Sequence record: LR756501.1
DNA length: 64,000 nt
Strand: one strand, 5' to 3'
Made by a program: the position numbers and the translations under genes. The stretch's first letter is position 1, and each line of letters opens with the position of its first letter. This document shows, piece by piece, positions 36,507 to 46,143 of the stretch. A model generated the notes under the pieces. It saw nothing but the letters and a program-made list of their open reading frames with translations. It had not been told where the DNA came from and did no database searches.

Positions 36507-37955
36507 TTGATAAAAGAATTTCATAATTTTGCGTTAAACGAGGAAGCATCTATAAGATTCCCTGATAGTCTTGAATACTGGACCAAAAAGGGTAAAAAGG
36601 GTAAAGATGTTATAATCTATACCCACGACGATATGGACGGTATCTTTAGTGGAATCGCTATGAAAGAATACCTTCAAGCTCACGGTTTTACTGTAGCTGG
36701 TTACGGTGTTGTTAATTATACAGATGGTTGGAAAGTATTTACTTTAGATAAAACTTATATCAACGTTTGTGTTGATTACGCCGAGGATAACGCTGATCTT
36801 GATCTCTACATCGATCACCACATGGAAGAAGGTGATTTATACAAGAAGAGTGAATTTTCTATTAAAATGAAAAGTGATTCTTGTTACGGTTTAATAACAA
36901 GAGTATTAGGAATGCCAACAGATAAATATATTATATCTGTTATATCTATGATTGACGCAGCAAAATATGACGAATATAACGTTGATATTAAAACAATTTT
37001 AAATTTCAATCTTAGAGATATAATGAAAGAAAAAGACCCAAGACTTGTATTCGCTGGGGCTTTCAATCAATTAGTTAAAAGAAGTGATTATAGAACTATT
37101 ATAGAAGTTGTAGCCAACGGTACACTATCTATATACAAGATATTCAAATTATTTAAAATTCTTTACCCTCTAAATAATTTATCAGTAAAAAGAGGAGCGG
37201 ATAAAGAAGATATAAGACATAGAGTACTAAATAGATTACCATTAGAAGACGACGAAGAATTAAAAGCAATACCCGAGTTTGTACCAGATTCAAAGGAAAG
37301 AATGGGTAAAATGATGGGTAAAACACTTGGTCAATACGATAAACCTACAATATATAATATTGAAGATTTTGAAACATTCTACTGGAACATGGAAGAAAAT
37401 AAATTCAAATTCGACGGTTTCGTTGTTATAAAGAATTTAGTATATGTACCAGTTGGAACTTGGGCTAACGCTTTAAGAGCCAGAGCTTTAATTGAAACAG
37501 CACTTGGTAAACACGATAAAAATATTCAGTTTATTCTTCTTGATTACGGTGCTTCTTTACAATTGGCTGCTTACAGAAACATTGATGGTATGGAGAAATT
37601 ACCTGTATTGAAGGGTGGTGAAGTGTTGGATGATTTGGATAAATATACAAGATTCTTGATGAATTTTGTTTTACCAAGACAATTTGATTTTAAGTACGCT
37701 GGGGCTAAAGCTGGTGGGCATAAGGGAATTGGCAATTTGAGTAATATACTTGGTAAATGTGAGAAGCAAGGACCTTTTTACGGTCTTAAGTTTATGGATT
37801 TAATGAAGAACTGGATTATACATGATATAACTGGTATTAAATGGAAATTGAATCTTATTTGGAACGAGAATCCTCCAGTTGAAGCTAAGGTTAAAGATAA
37901 AGTAATGAATCAGAAATTGATGATGACTGGTGATATAAGGAAAATAAATTTATAA
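36507..37955 (+). CDS. DHH-family phosphoesterase with putative capsid-targeting N-terminus (TTG start)
   Basis: YTHDDMDG (HxxxDxDG), CVDY, YIDHH; C-terminal GGHKG (DHHA1-like GGH); N-terminal IKEFHNFALNE. Confidence 0.8.
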   Translation: MIKEFHNFALNEEASIRFPDSLEYWTKKGKKGKDVIIYTHDDMDGIFSGIAMKEYLQAHGFTVAGYGVVNYTDGWKVFTLDKTYINVCVDYAEDNADLDLYIDHHMEEGDLYKKSEFSIKMKSDSCYGLITRVLGMPTDKYIISVISMIDAAKYDEYNVDIKTILNFNLRDIMKEKDPRLVFAGAFNQLVKRSDYRTIIEVVANGTLSIYKIFKLFKILYPLNNLSVKRGADKEDIRHRVLNRLPLEDDEELKAIPEFVPDSKERMGKMMGKTLGQYDKPTIYNIEDFETFYWNMEENKFKFDGFVVIKNLVYVPVGTWANALRARALIETALGKHDKNIQFILLDYGASLQLAAYRNIDGMEKLPVLKGGEVLDDLDKYTRFLMNFVLPRQFDFKYAGAKAGGHKGIGNLSNILGKCEKQGPFYGLKFMDLMKNWIIHDITGIKWKLNLIWNENPPVEAKVKDKVMNQKLMMTGDIRKINL

Positions 37956-37957
37956 GC

Positions 37958-39184
37958 ATGTTAAGATATTTTGATTATATAAAAGAATCCACAGAAGACT
38001 CTAAATTTAAAAAAGGAGATAAAGTTATATTTACGCCTTTATCAAATAGGTCTTATTATAATATACATAAAGGAGCTTTATGTGACGTGTCTTTTGTTTT
38101 CTCCACTAATAAAGGTGAGTACAGTATTAAAACTCCATCTGGTGCTTCTATTATGGCCTTAGAGGAAGAATTGAGATACGAAAACGAGCCAGCTCCAGTT
38201 GAAACAGAGGCTAAAAAACAATCAAATTATATCGAAAATCAATTTAAACCTAAAGAAGAAACTAAACCTGAAACACCAACAGGTGATGATATTAGTATAG
38301 GTAAAAGAGTTCTTGTTAATGGTACTGAAGGAAAGACTGAATGGAAAGACGCTAAAGGAACTGTTAAGAAAGTAAACAAAGGCGCCTATCTTATTGAATT
38401 TGATGAAGATGATTCTAAAAATCAAAGTAAGCACTCTATGTTAGTTAAGAAAGAATTTGTTACATCATCTGATGAGCCTTCCGCTGATGTTATTTTTAAC
38501 ATGGGTGATAAGGTCACTTGTGTGGACCAAGCAAGTGAATATTATAATAAAGTAGGTGAAGTGACTAATGTTTGGGATAATGATAATAGTTGTATGGTAG
38601 ATTTTCTTGAAGCTGACGGAACTACCACAAGTATATACATGGGGCCTGGTGAAATTAAAATATCTGAATACGCTAAAAAGAAAGCTGGATTTAATATACC
38701 AGTAAATGGTCCAAAAGAAGGCGACACTAAAGTAGAAATCAGTGAAGAAGAAGACGATGACGATGATGTTGTTATAGCAAAGAACGTCGTACCTTTCAAG
38801 AAAGAGGATCTTTTAGAATTTTCATATAAAGATTTCTTATTAGAAGAAAAAATATCTACACACGAAGATTTATTAGCAAATAAAACTAAATACGAGAAAG
38901 CTCTCGAAAATCCAGATTACCCAAAAATGAAAAAAGCTTTCTTGGAAAGAAGTTTGGGAACATTAGAAATAATAGAATCCTATTACCAATTCCTTATTAA
39001 TAAGATAGGAAAGGAACTACCAGTATATAGAACAGTTGAACAAATTGAAAACGTAGATTTGTTGAAAACCAAAACCAAAGTGAGAGCGTCAGACTCCAAG
39101 GAATTGACTAGTAAATATTCTTTTGATCAGGGTATTATAGCTTATTGGAAATTCAAGGACGCTGTAGTTTTCAGGACAATTTAA
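37958..39184 (+). CDS. Putative head-packaged protein with three KOW/SH3-like modules
   Basis: MLRYFDYIKE; FKKGDKVI, IGKRVLV, FNMGDKVT. Confidence 0.75.
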   Translation: MLRYFDYIKESTEDSKFKKGDKVIFTPLSNRSYYNIHKGALCDVSFVFSTNKGEYSIKTPSGASIMALEEELRYENEPAPVETEAKKQSNYIENQFKPKEETKPETPTGDDISIGKRVLVNGTEGKTEWKDAKGTVKKVNKGAYLIEFDEDDSKNQSKHSMLVKKEFVTSSDEPSADVIFNMGDKVTCVDQASEYYNKVGEVTNVWDNDNSCMVDFLEADGTTTSIYMGPGEIKISEYAKKKAGFNIPVNGPKEGDTKVEISEEEDDDDDVVIAKNVVPFKKEDLLEFSYKDFLLEEKISTHEDLLANKTKYEKALENPDYPKMKKAFLERSLGTLEIIESYYQFLINKIGKELPVYRTVEQIENVDLLKTKTKVRASDSKELTSKYSFDQGIIAYWKFKDAVVFRTI

Positions 39185-39507
39185 AAAGCGTAATCATCTT
39201 TATATTTATCGTTGTTCTTGACGTAAGTTTCAACTGTAACGTCGTTATCTGTTTTTAGTGTATATCTGAAATAGTTTTTCTCGTAATTATCTAGAATTTT
39301 TATATCTTCGTCTGTTAAGTCTAATATTTTACCGAATACTATTCCACTTGGTTGACTGGCTAACTGTAAATAGTATTTACCCTTATCAAAATCGTTAAGT
39401 ACCATCCAGTTACTAATACTATCAAATGTTCCAGGAATTTCTTTACCTAAAATTTTAATCTGAACATCAGACCTTTGTAATTCACCGTATGTAAAAAGTT
39501 TAGCCAT
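39181..39507 (-). CDS. Gamma-glutamylcyclotransferase-like (AIG2/GGACT) protein
   Basis: LFTYGEL N-terminal motif; LDNYE...Y.R. Confidence 0.75.
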   Translation of the reverse strand: MAKLFTYGELQRSDVQIKILGKEIPGTFDSISNWMVLNDFDKGKYYLQLASQPSGIVFGKILDLTDEDIKILDNYEKNYFRYTLKTDNDVTVETYVKNNDKYKDDYAF

Positions 39508-40034
39508 TATAATATTTTTTCAACCTTATCTTTCTCTTTTTCCTTATCCTTTTCATCCACTATGTTCTTAACGCTATTAGAAGAAACATATGTGTAAGTC
39601 TTATCACCGTTCTGGAAAGTTTGAGTTGGTAATTTATCTACTTCCCCGTAAATTTTTTCAGAGAAAACTTTTAAATCTTCTATACCCTTCTTGTACTCAA
39701 ATGGTGCTTTAAAACCTTCTGGGAATCTTTGAACAAATTGTCCTATCTCTTTTAAAGCTACTGATTTTATAATGAACAACTTATTATTAAAAATATTACT
39801 TCTTATTTTTAAGACTTCATCCATGTGCTCTTTTAGTCTATGAACTAGGTTAGGCGTTTCTACGATCTTTAATAAACCTATCACATAGGCGTCGTCTTCC
39901 TTTAAAGCAACTGGTTTATTTTCTTCTATAACTTTTCTGAGTTCTTCTTCACCTTTTTCCTTTAGACAAAATCTTTTATAGTCTAACCATAAGCAACGTC
40001 TTATAATGTCTTCAGGTGTAATGAGTATTTGCAT
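39507..40034 (-). CDS. Hypothetical protein
   Basis: ORF track; coupled to the GGCT gene. Confidence 0.7.
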   Translation of the reverse strand: MQILITPEDIIRRCLWLDYKRFCLKEKGEEELRKVIEENKPVALKEDDAYVIGLLKIVETPNLVHRLKEHMDEVLKIRSNIFNNKLFIIKSVALKEIGQFVQRFPEGFKAPFEYKKGIEDLKVFSEKIYGEVDKLPTQTFQNGDKTYTYVSSNSVKNIVDEKDKEKEKDKVEKIL

Positions 40035-40092
40035 AAAATAATATTCTTTTTTATTTATACGTGAATATAAATTTTAAGTTTAAAAATTCGAA

Positions 40093-40524
40093 TTATGTTA
40101 GTTTATCATATTCTTTTCCATCATTAGAATAAAGAATATCATCATAGATAAAATTTATAGATAGTGTCTTCTGACTTCCTCTGAAATCTGATTCACCAAA
40201 ATCAAAATCTATTAAGTTATTTATTTCAGTGACTTTCAACGTTTTAAATTTAAAAACACCAAGTATATGATCGTCCTTGTCCTTCATCTTAACTAAAACG
40301 TCACCTGTTAATTTATTGTTCTTTAATCTTATTAATATGTCTAAAGGTTGAACAGTCTTATCAACAGACATAAGTTCAAACTCCATCATATTATCAGTTA
40401 TCTTATTTATGTAATCCTTCAATAATTGCTTCTCAATACTATTCAAATCATCAAATTCAAAATCAACATCAAATAAATTCTTGTTGATGTTCTCCTTCGT
40501 TAAATTCTCGTAAACCTTTTTCAT
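40093..40524 (-). CDS. Hypothetical protein (start re-assigned to ATG 40524)
   Basis: The track start (40662) overlaps the upstream gene. The in-frame ATG at 40524 (MKKVYENLTKE) follows a TTTATATATAG motif. Confidence 0.65.
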   Translation of the reverse strand: MKKVYENLTKENINKNLFDVDFEFDDLNSIEKQLLKDYINKITDNMMEFELMSVDKTVQPLDILIRLKNNKLTGDVLVKMKDKDDHILGVFKFKTLKVTEINNLIDFDFGESDFRGSQKTLSINFIYDDILYSNDGKEYDKLT

Positions 40525-40585
40525 TTCCGTATTGTATTTTTTACCTATATATAAATTTTTTATATTGCTATTTGTAATCAGTTGA

Positions 40586-41452
40586 TTATGAATCCATTGG
40601 TAAAGAAATACTTTCTTTTTTATGAATCCATGATAATCTATTTTGTGTAATATTTTCTCCAAATATTTCGTTCACAGCTTTTTGAACGTCGTAAGAGTTA
40701 TAATAGTCGTGACCAGCGATTGTTCCGCCTATTTTCACTTTTGGGTACCATTCTGTTATATCTTTTTTAGCTATTTCGTAACTATGATCAGCGTCAATGA
40801 AAACAAAATCTAAGGACAGATCTTCGTAATATTTTGGAGCTATATAAGAACATTCTACTATTGGGTTTATGTATTCTTTTAACGGTGATATGTTTTTTAA
40901 AAAATTATCGTATAAATTATTATTTTTTAAATATTCTTCGTGATATATTTCACCTGAACCTTGCCAAGTATCTACACAATCAAATTTTATTTTCTTACCT
41001 GAATTTTTTATCTCGGTTGCCATAAATGAACCAGAACGTCCTAACCAAGAGCCTATCTCCACAAAATGATCACCGTCTTTCCCGTCTTGAACAGCCTTTT
41101 TATAAACACTTTGAAAGTCAAACCAACCGTCTATTTTATTATAAATATGATTACCGTATAATTTATCTATTTTTATATCAAATAGAAATGAGGAACCGTC
41201 GTAGAAATTTAAAGTTAAATCGTCATTATCATTAGAATACGCGTCTGGTTTTACCCAATGATTTGTACCTGGATAAGAAAAATTATCAGTAAGTGAGTAA
41301 CAAACATTACCATTTAAAACAAAATCTATTTTTAGTATTTTATTTAAATGTTCACTGCCACCAGCGTCATTCAAATTAACTGAACTAATAATAATTTTAT
41401 TTGGGTCATTTTCTATTCTAACATAGAAATCATTTTCAGTTGGATTTTTCAT
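40586..41452 (-). CDS. Class I SAM methyltransferase (Methyltransf_24-like) with N-terminal extension
   Basis: [11 protein letters not shown]; [10 protein letters not shown]; GGTIAGHDY. Confidence 0.88.
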   Translation of the reverse strand: MKNPTENDFYVRIENDPNKIIISSVNLNDAGGSEHLNKILKIDFVLNGNVCYSLTDNFSYPGTNHWVKPDAYSNDNDDLTLNFYDGSSFLFDIKIDKLYGNHIYNKIDGWFDFQSVYKKAVQDGKDGDHFVEIGSWLGRSGSFMATEIKNSGKKIKFDCVDTWQGSGEIYHEEYLKNNNLYDNFLKNISPLKEYINPIVECSYIAPKYYEDLSLDFVFIDADHSYEIAKKDITEWYPKVKIGGTIAGHDYYNSYDVQKAVNEIFGENITQNRLSWIHKKESISLPMDS

Positions 41453-42492
41453 CTTTTAAAAAATTTTTGCCATATATTTTTTTCACCATATTTATCTAAA
41501 TCACTTTCCATCATTAATTTAACCAAATCTTTAAATTTAGTTTTAGCTTCCCAACCAAGAATTTCTTTCGCCTTTGTTGGATCACCAAGTAAAAGATCAA
41601 CCTCTGCTGGTCTGAAATATTTTGGATCCACTTGTATTACAATAGTGTTATTTGTATTTCTATCTACTCCTATTTCATTTACACCTTCACCACGCCATAA
41701 TATATCAATATTAACATATTTACAAGCCTCTTCTACAAATTCTTTATTTGAATGTGCTTCACCTGTGGCTAAAACGAAATCATCTGGTTTATCTTGCTGT
41801 AACATAAGATACATACCATATACAAAATCTTTCGCGTAACCCCAATCCCTTTTGGCGTTTAAATTACCTAAATGTATTGGTGTTTTCGTTTTTGTCCAAT
41901 TAACTAAACCTTTTGTAATTTTTCTCGTTACAAAAGTTTCTCCTCTACGTTCACCTTCGTGATTGAACAATATACCGTTAGAAATGAATAAGTTATAAGC
42001 GTCTCTGTAATTTTTACAAATCCAGTAAGCGTAAAGTTTAGCTACACCGTAAGGTGATCTTGGGTGAAATGGCGTAGTTTCTTTTTGTGGTACTTCTTGT
42101 ACTTTACCAAACAATTCTGATGTAGATGCTTGGTAAATTTTTGTATGTGGTGAGTAACGTCTAACTGTTTCTAGGATTCTAAGTACCCCTAAAGCGTCTA
42201 CTTGTCCTGTATATTCAGGGAGTTCAAAAGAAACTGCAACGTGGGATTGGGCTGCTAGGTTATATAGTTCATCAGGTTTAATATCTTGTATAACGTGCTC
42301 TATTGATAGAGTATCTGTAACGTCACCGTAATGAAGTTTTAGTTGTGGATAAATATGATCAATTCTACCTGTATTAAAGGAGCTAGATCTTCTAATTATA
42401 CCGTGTACTTCGTAACCTTTTTCTAAAAGAAGCTCAGCTAAATGGCTTCCGTCCTGTCCCGTGATCCCTGTGATCAGTGCTTTTTTACTCAT
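41449..42492 (-). CDS. gmd: GDP-mannose 4,6-dehydratase
   Basis: [66 protein letters not shown]. Confidence 0.98.
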   Translation of the reverse strand: MSKKALITGITGQDGSHLAELLLEKGYEVHGIIRRSSSFNTGRIDHIYPQLKLHYGDVTDTLSIEHVIQDIKPDELYNLAAQSHVAVSFELPEYTGQVDALGVLRILETVRRYSPHTKIYQASTSELFGKVQEVPQKETTPFHPRSPYGVAKLYAYWICKNYRDAYNLFISNGILFNHEGERRGETFVTRKITKGLVNWTKTKTPIHLGNLNAKRDWGYAKDFVYGMYLMLQQDKPDDFVLATGEAHSNKEFVEEACKYVNIDILWRGEGVNEIGVDRNTNNTIVIQVDPKYFRPAEVDLLLGDPTKAKEILGWEAKTKFKDLVKLMMESDLDKYGEKNIWQKFFKR

Positions 42493-42516
42493 TTCATAGG
42501 CTATTATTTTTTAAGG
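42493..42516 (-). repeat. 24-bp leader element, copy 2
   Basis: Identical to 27073-27096; abuts the gmd start codon. Confidence 0.9.
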
Positions 42517-42573
42517 CGTTATGATATTTATAGATAAAAAATCTAAAAGTTTATTTTAATATATACAGTTACT

Positions 42574-42885
42574 ATGATAAAGAGTTTTAAATTATTTGAA
42601 TCTGAAATAAATGAAATAGATCCTTATGGTGAAGAAAATTGGGAAGGGATAGAAGAATTAACACCAGATACCCCTATAAATATTGGTGATACTATTTATT
42701 GGAGTGATGGAATTGAATTATGCACAATAACAAGAATTGAAAAAGATGACGAAGACGATTGGATATGGGGGATTACATCACCAGAATCGATTCAAAAAGG
42801 TTTTGTAAAAGAAACAGGAAATAAAGAACTACCATACGGAAGAAGGAATTTAACTCATAGTAAATTAAAAATAAAACACGTGTAG
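42574..42885 (+). CDS. Putative head-packaged small protein with DPYGEENW tag
   Basis: MIKSFKLFESEINEIDPYGEENWE; KOW/SH3-like remainder (IGDTIYW). Confidence 0.75.
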   Translation: MIKSFKLFESEINEIDPYGEENWEGIEELTPDTPINIGDTIYWSDGIELCTITRIEKDDEDDWIWGITSPESIQKGFVKETGNKELPYGRRNLTHSKLKIKHV

Positions 42886-43634
42886 TGATAAAGAGTTTTA
42901 AATTATTTGAAGAACTAAAAAGAAAAGTACCAGCAGACTTCTCAGTTGATTTCACACCCGAAACAGAAGACTTTGCTAAGTTTGAAAGTGATTTTCTATT
43001 AAAAGACGATTTTGTTATAGATAAAAACGTTGCTGTATGTAAAGAAAAACTTTGTTCTTTTGAAATTAAAAAAATCAATGAAGACGATTTAATTATATAT
43101 GAATTAACTATTAAAGATAAAGACGGCGTCGTAAAAAACGAGAAGAAATTTAGAGCACATCAATATATTCCAAAAGAAAGAATCAACTTATTAGATACTA
43201 TACTCAATGTGTGTGCTTTTATAAAAGATAAAGTAACAAGAGAAATTCATGCTGACGTTGATCCTTACGGGGAAGAAGTATGGGACGGTCCAGAAGAAAT
43301 TAAGAAACCAGAAAGAGATCCAATAGAAGCAGCCTACGGTGAAGAAGACTGGGACCCTGATAATGTTGACGTTGGAGTAAGAGCAAGAATGGCGAATCGT
43401 CATATACCACCAGCAGATATATTGGCTATATTACAAAGAGACCAACAACGCAGAGATAGAGAATTTGAAAGGGGCAGAGAAGCTAATATTGAAAGGCACG
43501 CAGCTGATATGCGTAGGCGAGCAGAAGAACAAAGAGCCGCGGCTGATGCAGCACCTAAAAAGAAAGGTTTTTATAAAACAATTGGAGATTTCCTTAAAAA
43601 ATCGGGACCTCCATCGATGCACCGTAGAGGATAA
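42885..43634 (+). CDS. Putative head-packaged protein with two DPYGEE-type tags (GTG start)
   Basis: MIKSFKLFE, with the same 5' DNA as 42574; VDPYGEEVWD and AYGEEDWD. Confidence 0.75.
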   Translation: MIKSFKLFEELKRKVPADFSVDFTPETEDFAKFESDFLLKDDFVIDKNVAVCKEKLCSFEIKKINEDDLIIYELTIKDKDGVVKNEKKFRAHQYIPKERINLLDTILNVCAFIKDKVTREIHADVDPYGEEVWDGPEEIKKPERDPIEAAYGEEDWDPDNVDVGVRARMANRHIPPADILAILQRDQQRRDREFERGREANIERHAADMRRRAEEQRAAADAAPKKKGFYKTIGDFLKKSGPPSMHRRG

Positions 43635-43673
43635 TTCAATAAACTTTTCAATCTTTTCTCGTTATATTAATCA

Positions 43674-44408
43674 ATGAGAAAATTCCTTTTAATCACGGAT
43701 AAAATAGAATTATTAGCAAGATTCAATCAAATAGTAGTATCTAAAAAACTTAGAGATGACTTTGATTACGGATGGAGCTATAATAACTACGACTTTTGTG
43801 CTGATTATCATAAATCTTTTAACTCTTGGATGTACAAACCTGTTGAACCAATTGACGTTAGAGATAAAAATTTATATAACTACGAAATAATCTTTTCTTT
43901 ACATTGTAAACAATTATTCCCAAAAGAACTTATAGAAAAAGTAAGATGTATTAATATTCATCCGGGTTATAATCCTTATAATAGAGGATGGTACCCACAA
44001 GTGTTTTCCATTTTAAATGGACTACCTTTTGGTGTAACAATACACGAAATAGATAATAAAATTGATCACGGTCCCATTATAACCCAAGAGCGAATATATA
44101 TAGAACCACACGACACTTCTCTTTCAGTTTACGAAAAAGTTGTTGACGTTGAAATGAAACTTCTTGATAGAAATTTAATTGATATAATTAATAAGAACTA
44201 CTCTTTTGTTAGAATACCAGATGAAGGGAACATAAATTACAAGAAAGATTTTAGTAATCTTGGAAAAATTGATAAAGATGACGAAGATACTTTTATTAAT
44301 CATATAACTAAATTAAGGGCTTTATCTCACGGTAATTTTAAAAATGCTTATTTTATTGACGAAAACGGAAATAAGATATTCATCAAAATTGAATTAACAA
44401 AACAATGA
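43674..44408 (+). CDS. NDP-4-amino-4,6-dideoxyhexose N-formyltransferase (VioF/Rv3404c-like)
   Basis: FSLHCKQLFP, CINIHPGYNPYNRGWYPQVFSI, TIHEID..IDHGPII (formyltransferase N-H-D motifs). Confidence 0.88.
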   Translation: MRKFLLITDKIELLARFNQIVVSKKLRDDFDYGWSYNNYDFCADYHKSFNSWMYKPVEPIDVRDKNLYNYEIIFSLHCKQLFPKELIEKVRCINIHPGYNPYNRGWYPQVFSILNGLPFGVTIHEIDNKIDHGPIITQERIYIEPHDTSLSVYEKVVDVEMKLLDRNLIDIINKNYSFVRIPDEGNINYKKDFSNLGKIDKDDEDTFINHITKLRALSHGNFKNAYFIDENGNKIFIKIELTKQ

Positions 44409-45121
44409 AATTCGGAATAGTACTACCTACTTATTATAGAAAAGACGGACAAACATTAGTCTTCTTATATAAAGCGATACAAAATATAATGCTTCAATCT
44501 CATTCTGATTGGAAACTTTTTCTAATTGGTGACGACTACGATAAACCAGACGAACTAGAATTCATAGCTTCACACGTGCCATCAATCATGATAACATATG
44601 TGAATTTACCAGTGGCTGATGAAAGAAGTAGATATACTGGTAACGATCTATGGTTGTGTAGTGGCACAAACGCTCTCAATAAAGGAATAGAATTATTAGA
44701 AAAAGAAGGAATAGATTATTACGCTCATTTTGATTACGAAGATAAATGGGAAGTAAATCATCTCGAACTACACAATAAAGCTTATCTTAAATATCCAACC
44801 GTATCTTTTGTTTATTCAAAGGCTCATTACGTTAGACCTAAAAATCTTTTTCCTCCTAATTTAACTGACGATGTAGTTAATAATTTACCACCAAAAGGTA
44901 GACAGGTTATTCATCAGACAGTAACTTTTAACGTGAGTAAGATGAAACATAGATATATTAATATGATAGATAAAGGGGAGAAGAAAGCATCTGACGCCGA
45001 TCTTTGGGACAGAATATATAAAGACGTAAAAGAAGGAAAATTAGATACTTACCACATACCTAAAGCCACTGCTTATCATTTAGCCGAAGGATATTGTGCA
45101 ACAATAGACTGGACAAAATGA
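44405..45121 (+). CDS. GT2-family glycosyltransferase
   Basis: IVLPTY, LFLIGDD, YAHFDYED, DADLW. Confidence 0.85.
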   Translation: MKFGIVLPTYYRKDGQTLVFLYKAIQNIMLQSHSDWKLFLIGDDYDKPDELEFIASHVPSIMITYVNLPVADERSRYTGNDLWLCSGTNALNKGIELLEKEGIDYYAHFDYEDKWEVNHLELHNKAYLKYPTVSFVYSKAHYVRPKNLFPPNLTDDVVNNLPPKGRQVIHQTVTFNVSKMKHRYINMIDKGEKKASDADLWDRIYKDVKEGKLDTYHIPKATAYHLAEGYCATIDWTK

Positions 45122-46143
45122 AAATAAACTGGGTAAATAAGAAAGATATTAACTGGGATAGAGTTAAACACTATATGGATTTTTCTATTAAAGAAAATCA
45201 ATTTAGTAACGACGGACCTCTACAAAAAATGCTAAGCGATAGACTTAGATCTATATTAAAAATTAGTTCCAGTAAAGTTATAATTCCAACTTGTAGCGGA
45301 ACTGCTGCTCTCCACGCTCTTGTTTCTGGCATAAATAGTAAACTCGGCGTTGAAACACGATGGGCAACCCAAGATTATACATTCCCAGTTTCAGCTCAAG
45401 GTGTACTGAGAAATTCAGTTATAGTGGATATAGATTATAACGACATTTCACCAGACTTAAATTCTTTAGAACATATTAAAGATAATATCAATGGAGTTAT
45501 AGTTACTAATATGTTTGGATTTGCCAGTGATGTTGAGAAATTCATTAAATGGAGTGTAGATAACGATAAATTTCTTATTTTTGATAGTGCCACTGCTCCA
45601 TATACATTCTACAATTTTTTAAATGTGAATAATTTCGGAGTTGGTTCTATAATTAGTTTGCATCACACGAAACCACTAGGATTCGGTGAAGGCGGAGTTA
45701 TTATAGTTGATAGAGAATACGAAGCCGATGTTAGAAAATCTATAAATTTCGGCTATACTAAATCAGTTAAGAAGTGGTCTGTACACGGATCTAACTGGAG
45801 AATGAGTGATATATCTGCAGCTTTCATTCTTCAACATTTAGATAATTTCTACGCTATTGATCATATTCATAAAGAATTAGCAAAATATTTTGAAAATAAA
45901 TTGAAAGAAACAAGATTTGAATTTATTAAACAGTACGATAATAGTTTAATATCATGTTTACCAATCAAATCATTTGAAGGCGAGATAGATATAAAAGACG
46001 TTGAATACAAGAAATATTACGAACCTCTTATAGGTTACGCCAACTCAAATAAATTATACAATGAAATAGTCTGTTTCCCTCTAAATACTGATATGACTAA
46101 TGAAGATTTAGACTATATAATAAAATACTTAAAGACAAAATGA
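45094..46143 (+). CDS. DegT/DnrJ/EryC1/StrS PLP-dependent sugar aminotransferase (likely start at MKINW, ~45118)
   Basis: CSGTAALHAL, LIFDSA, SLHHTKPLGFGEGG (PLP lysine), NWRMSDISAA. Confidence 0.92.
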   Translation: MCNNRLDKMKINWVNKKDINWDRVKHYMDFSIKENQFSNDGPLQKMLSDRLRSILKISSSKVIIPTCSGTAALHALVSGINSKLGVETRWATQDYTFPVSAQGVLRNSVIVDIDYNDISPDLNSLEHIKDNINGVIVTNMFGFASDVEKFIKWSVDNDKFLIFDSATAPYTFYNFLNVNNFGVGSIISLHHTKPLGFGEGGVIIVDREYEADVRKSINFGYTKSVKKWSVHGSNWRMSDISAAFILQHLDNFYAIDHIHKELAKYFENKLKETRFEFIKQYDNSLISCLPIKSFEGEIDIKDVEYKKYYEPLIGYANSNKLYNEIVCFPLNTDMTNEDLDYIIKYLKTK

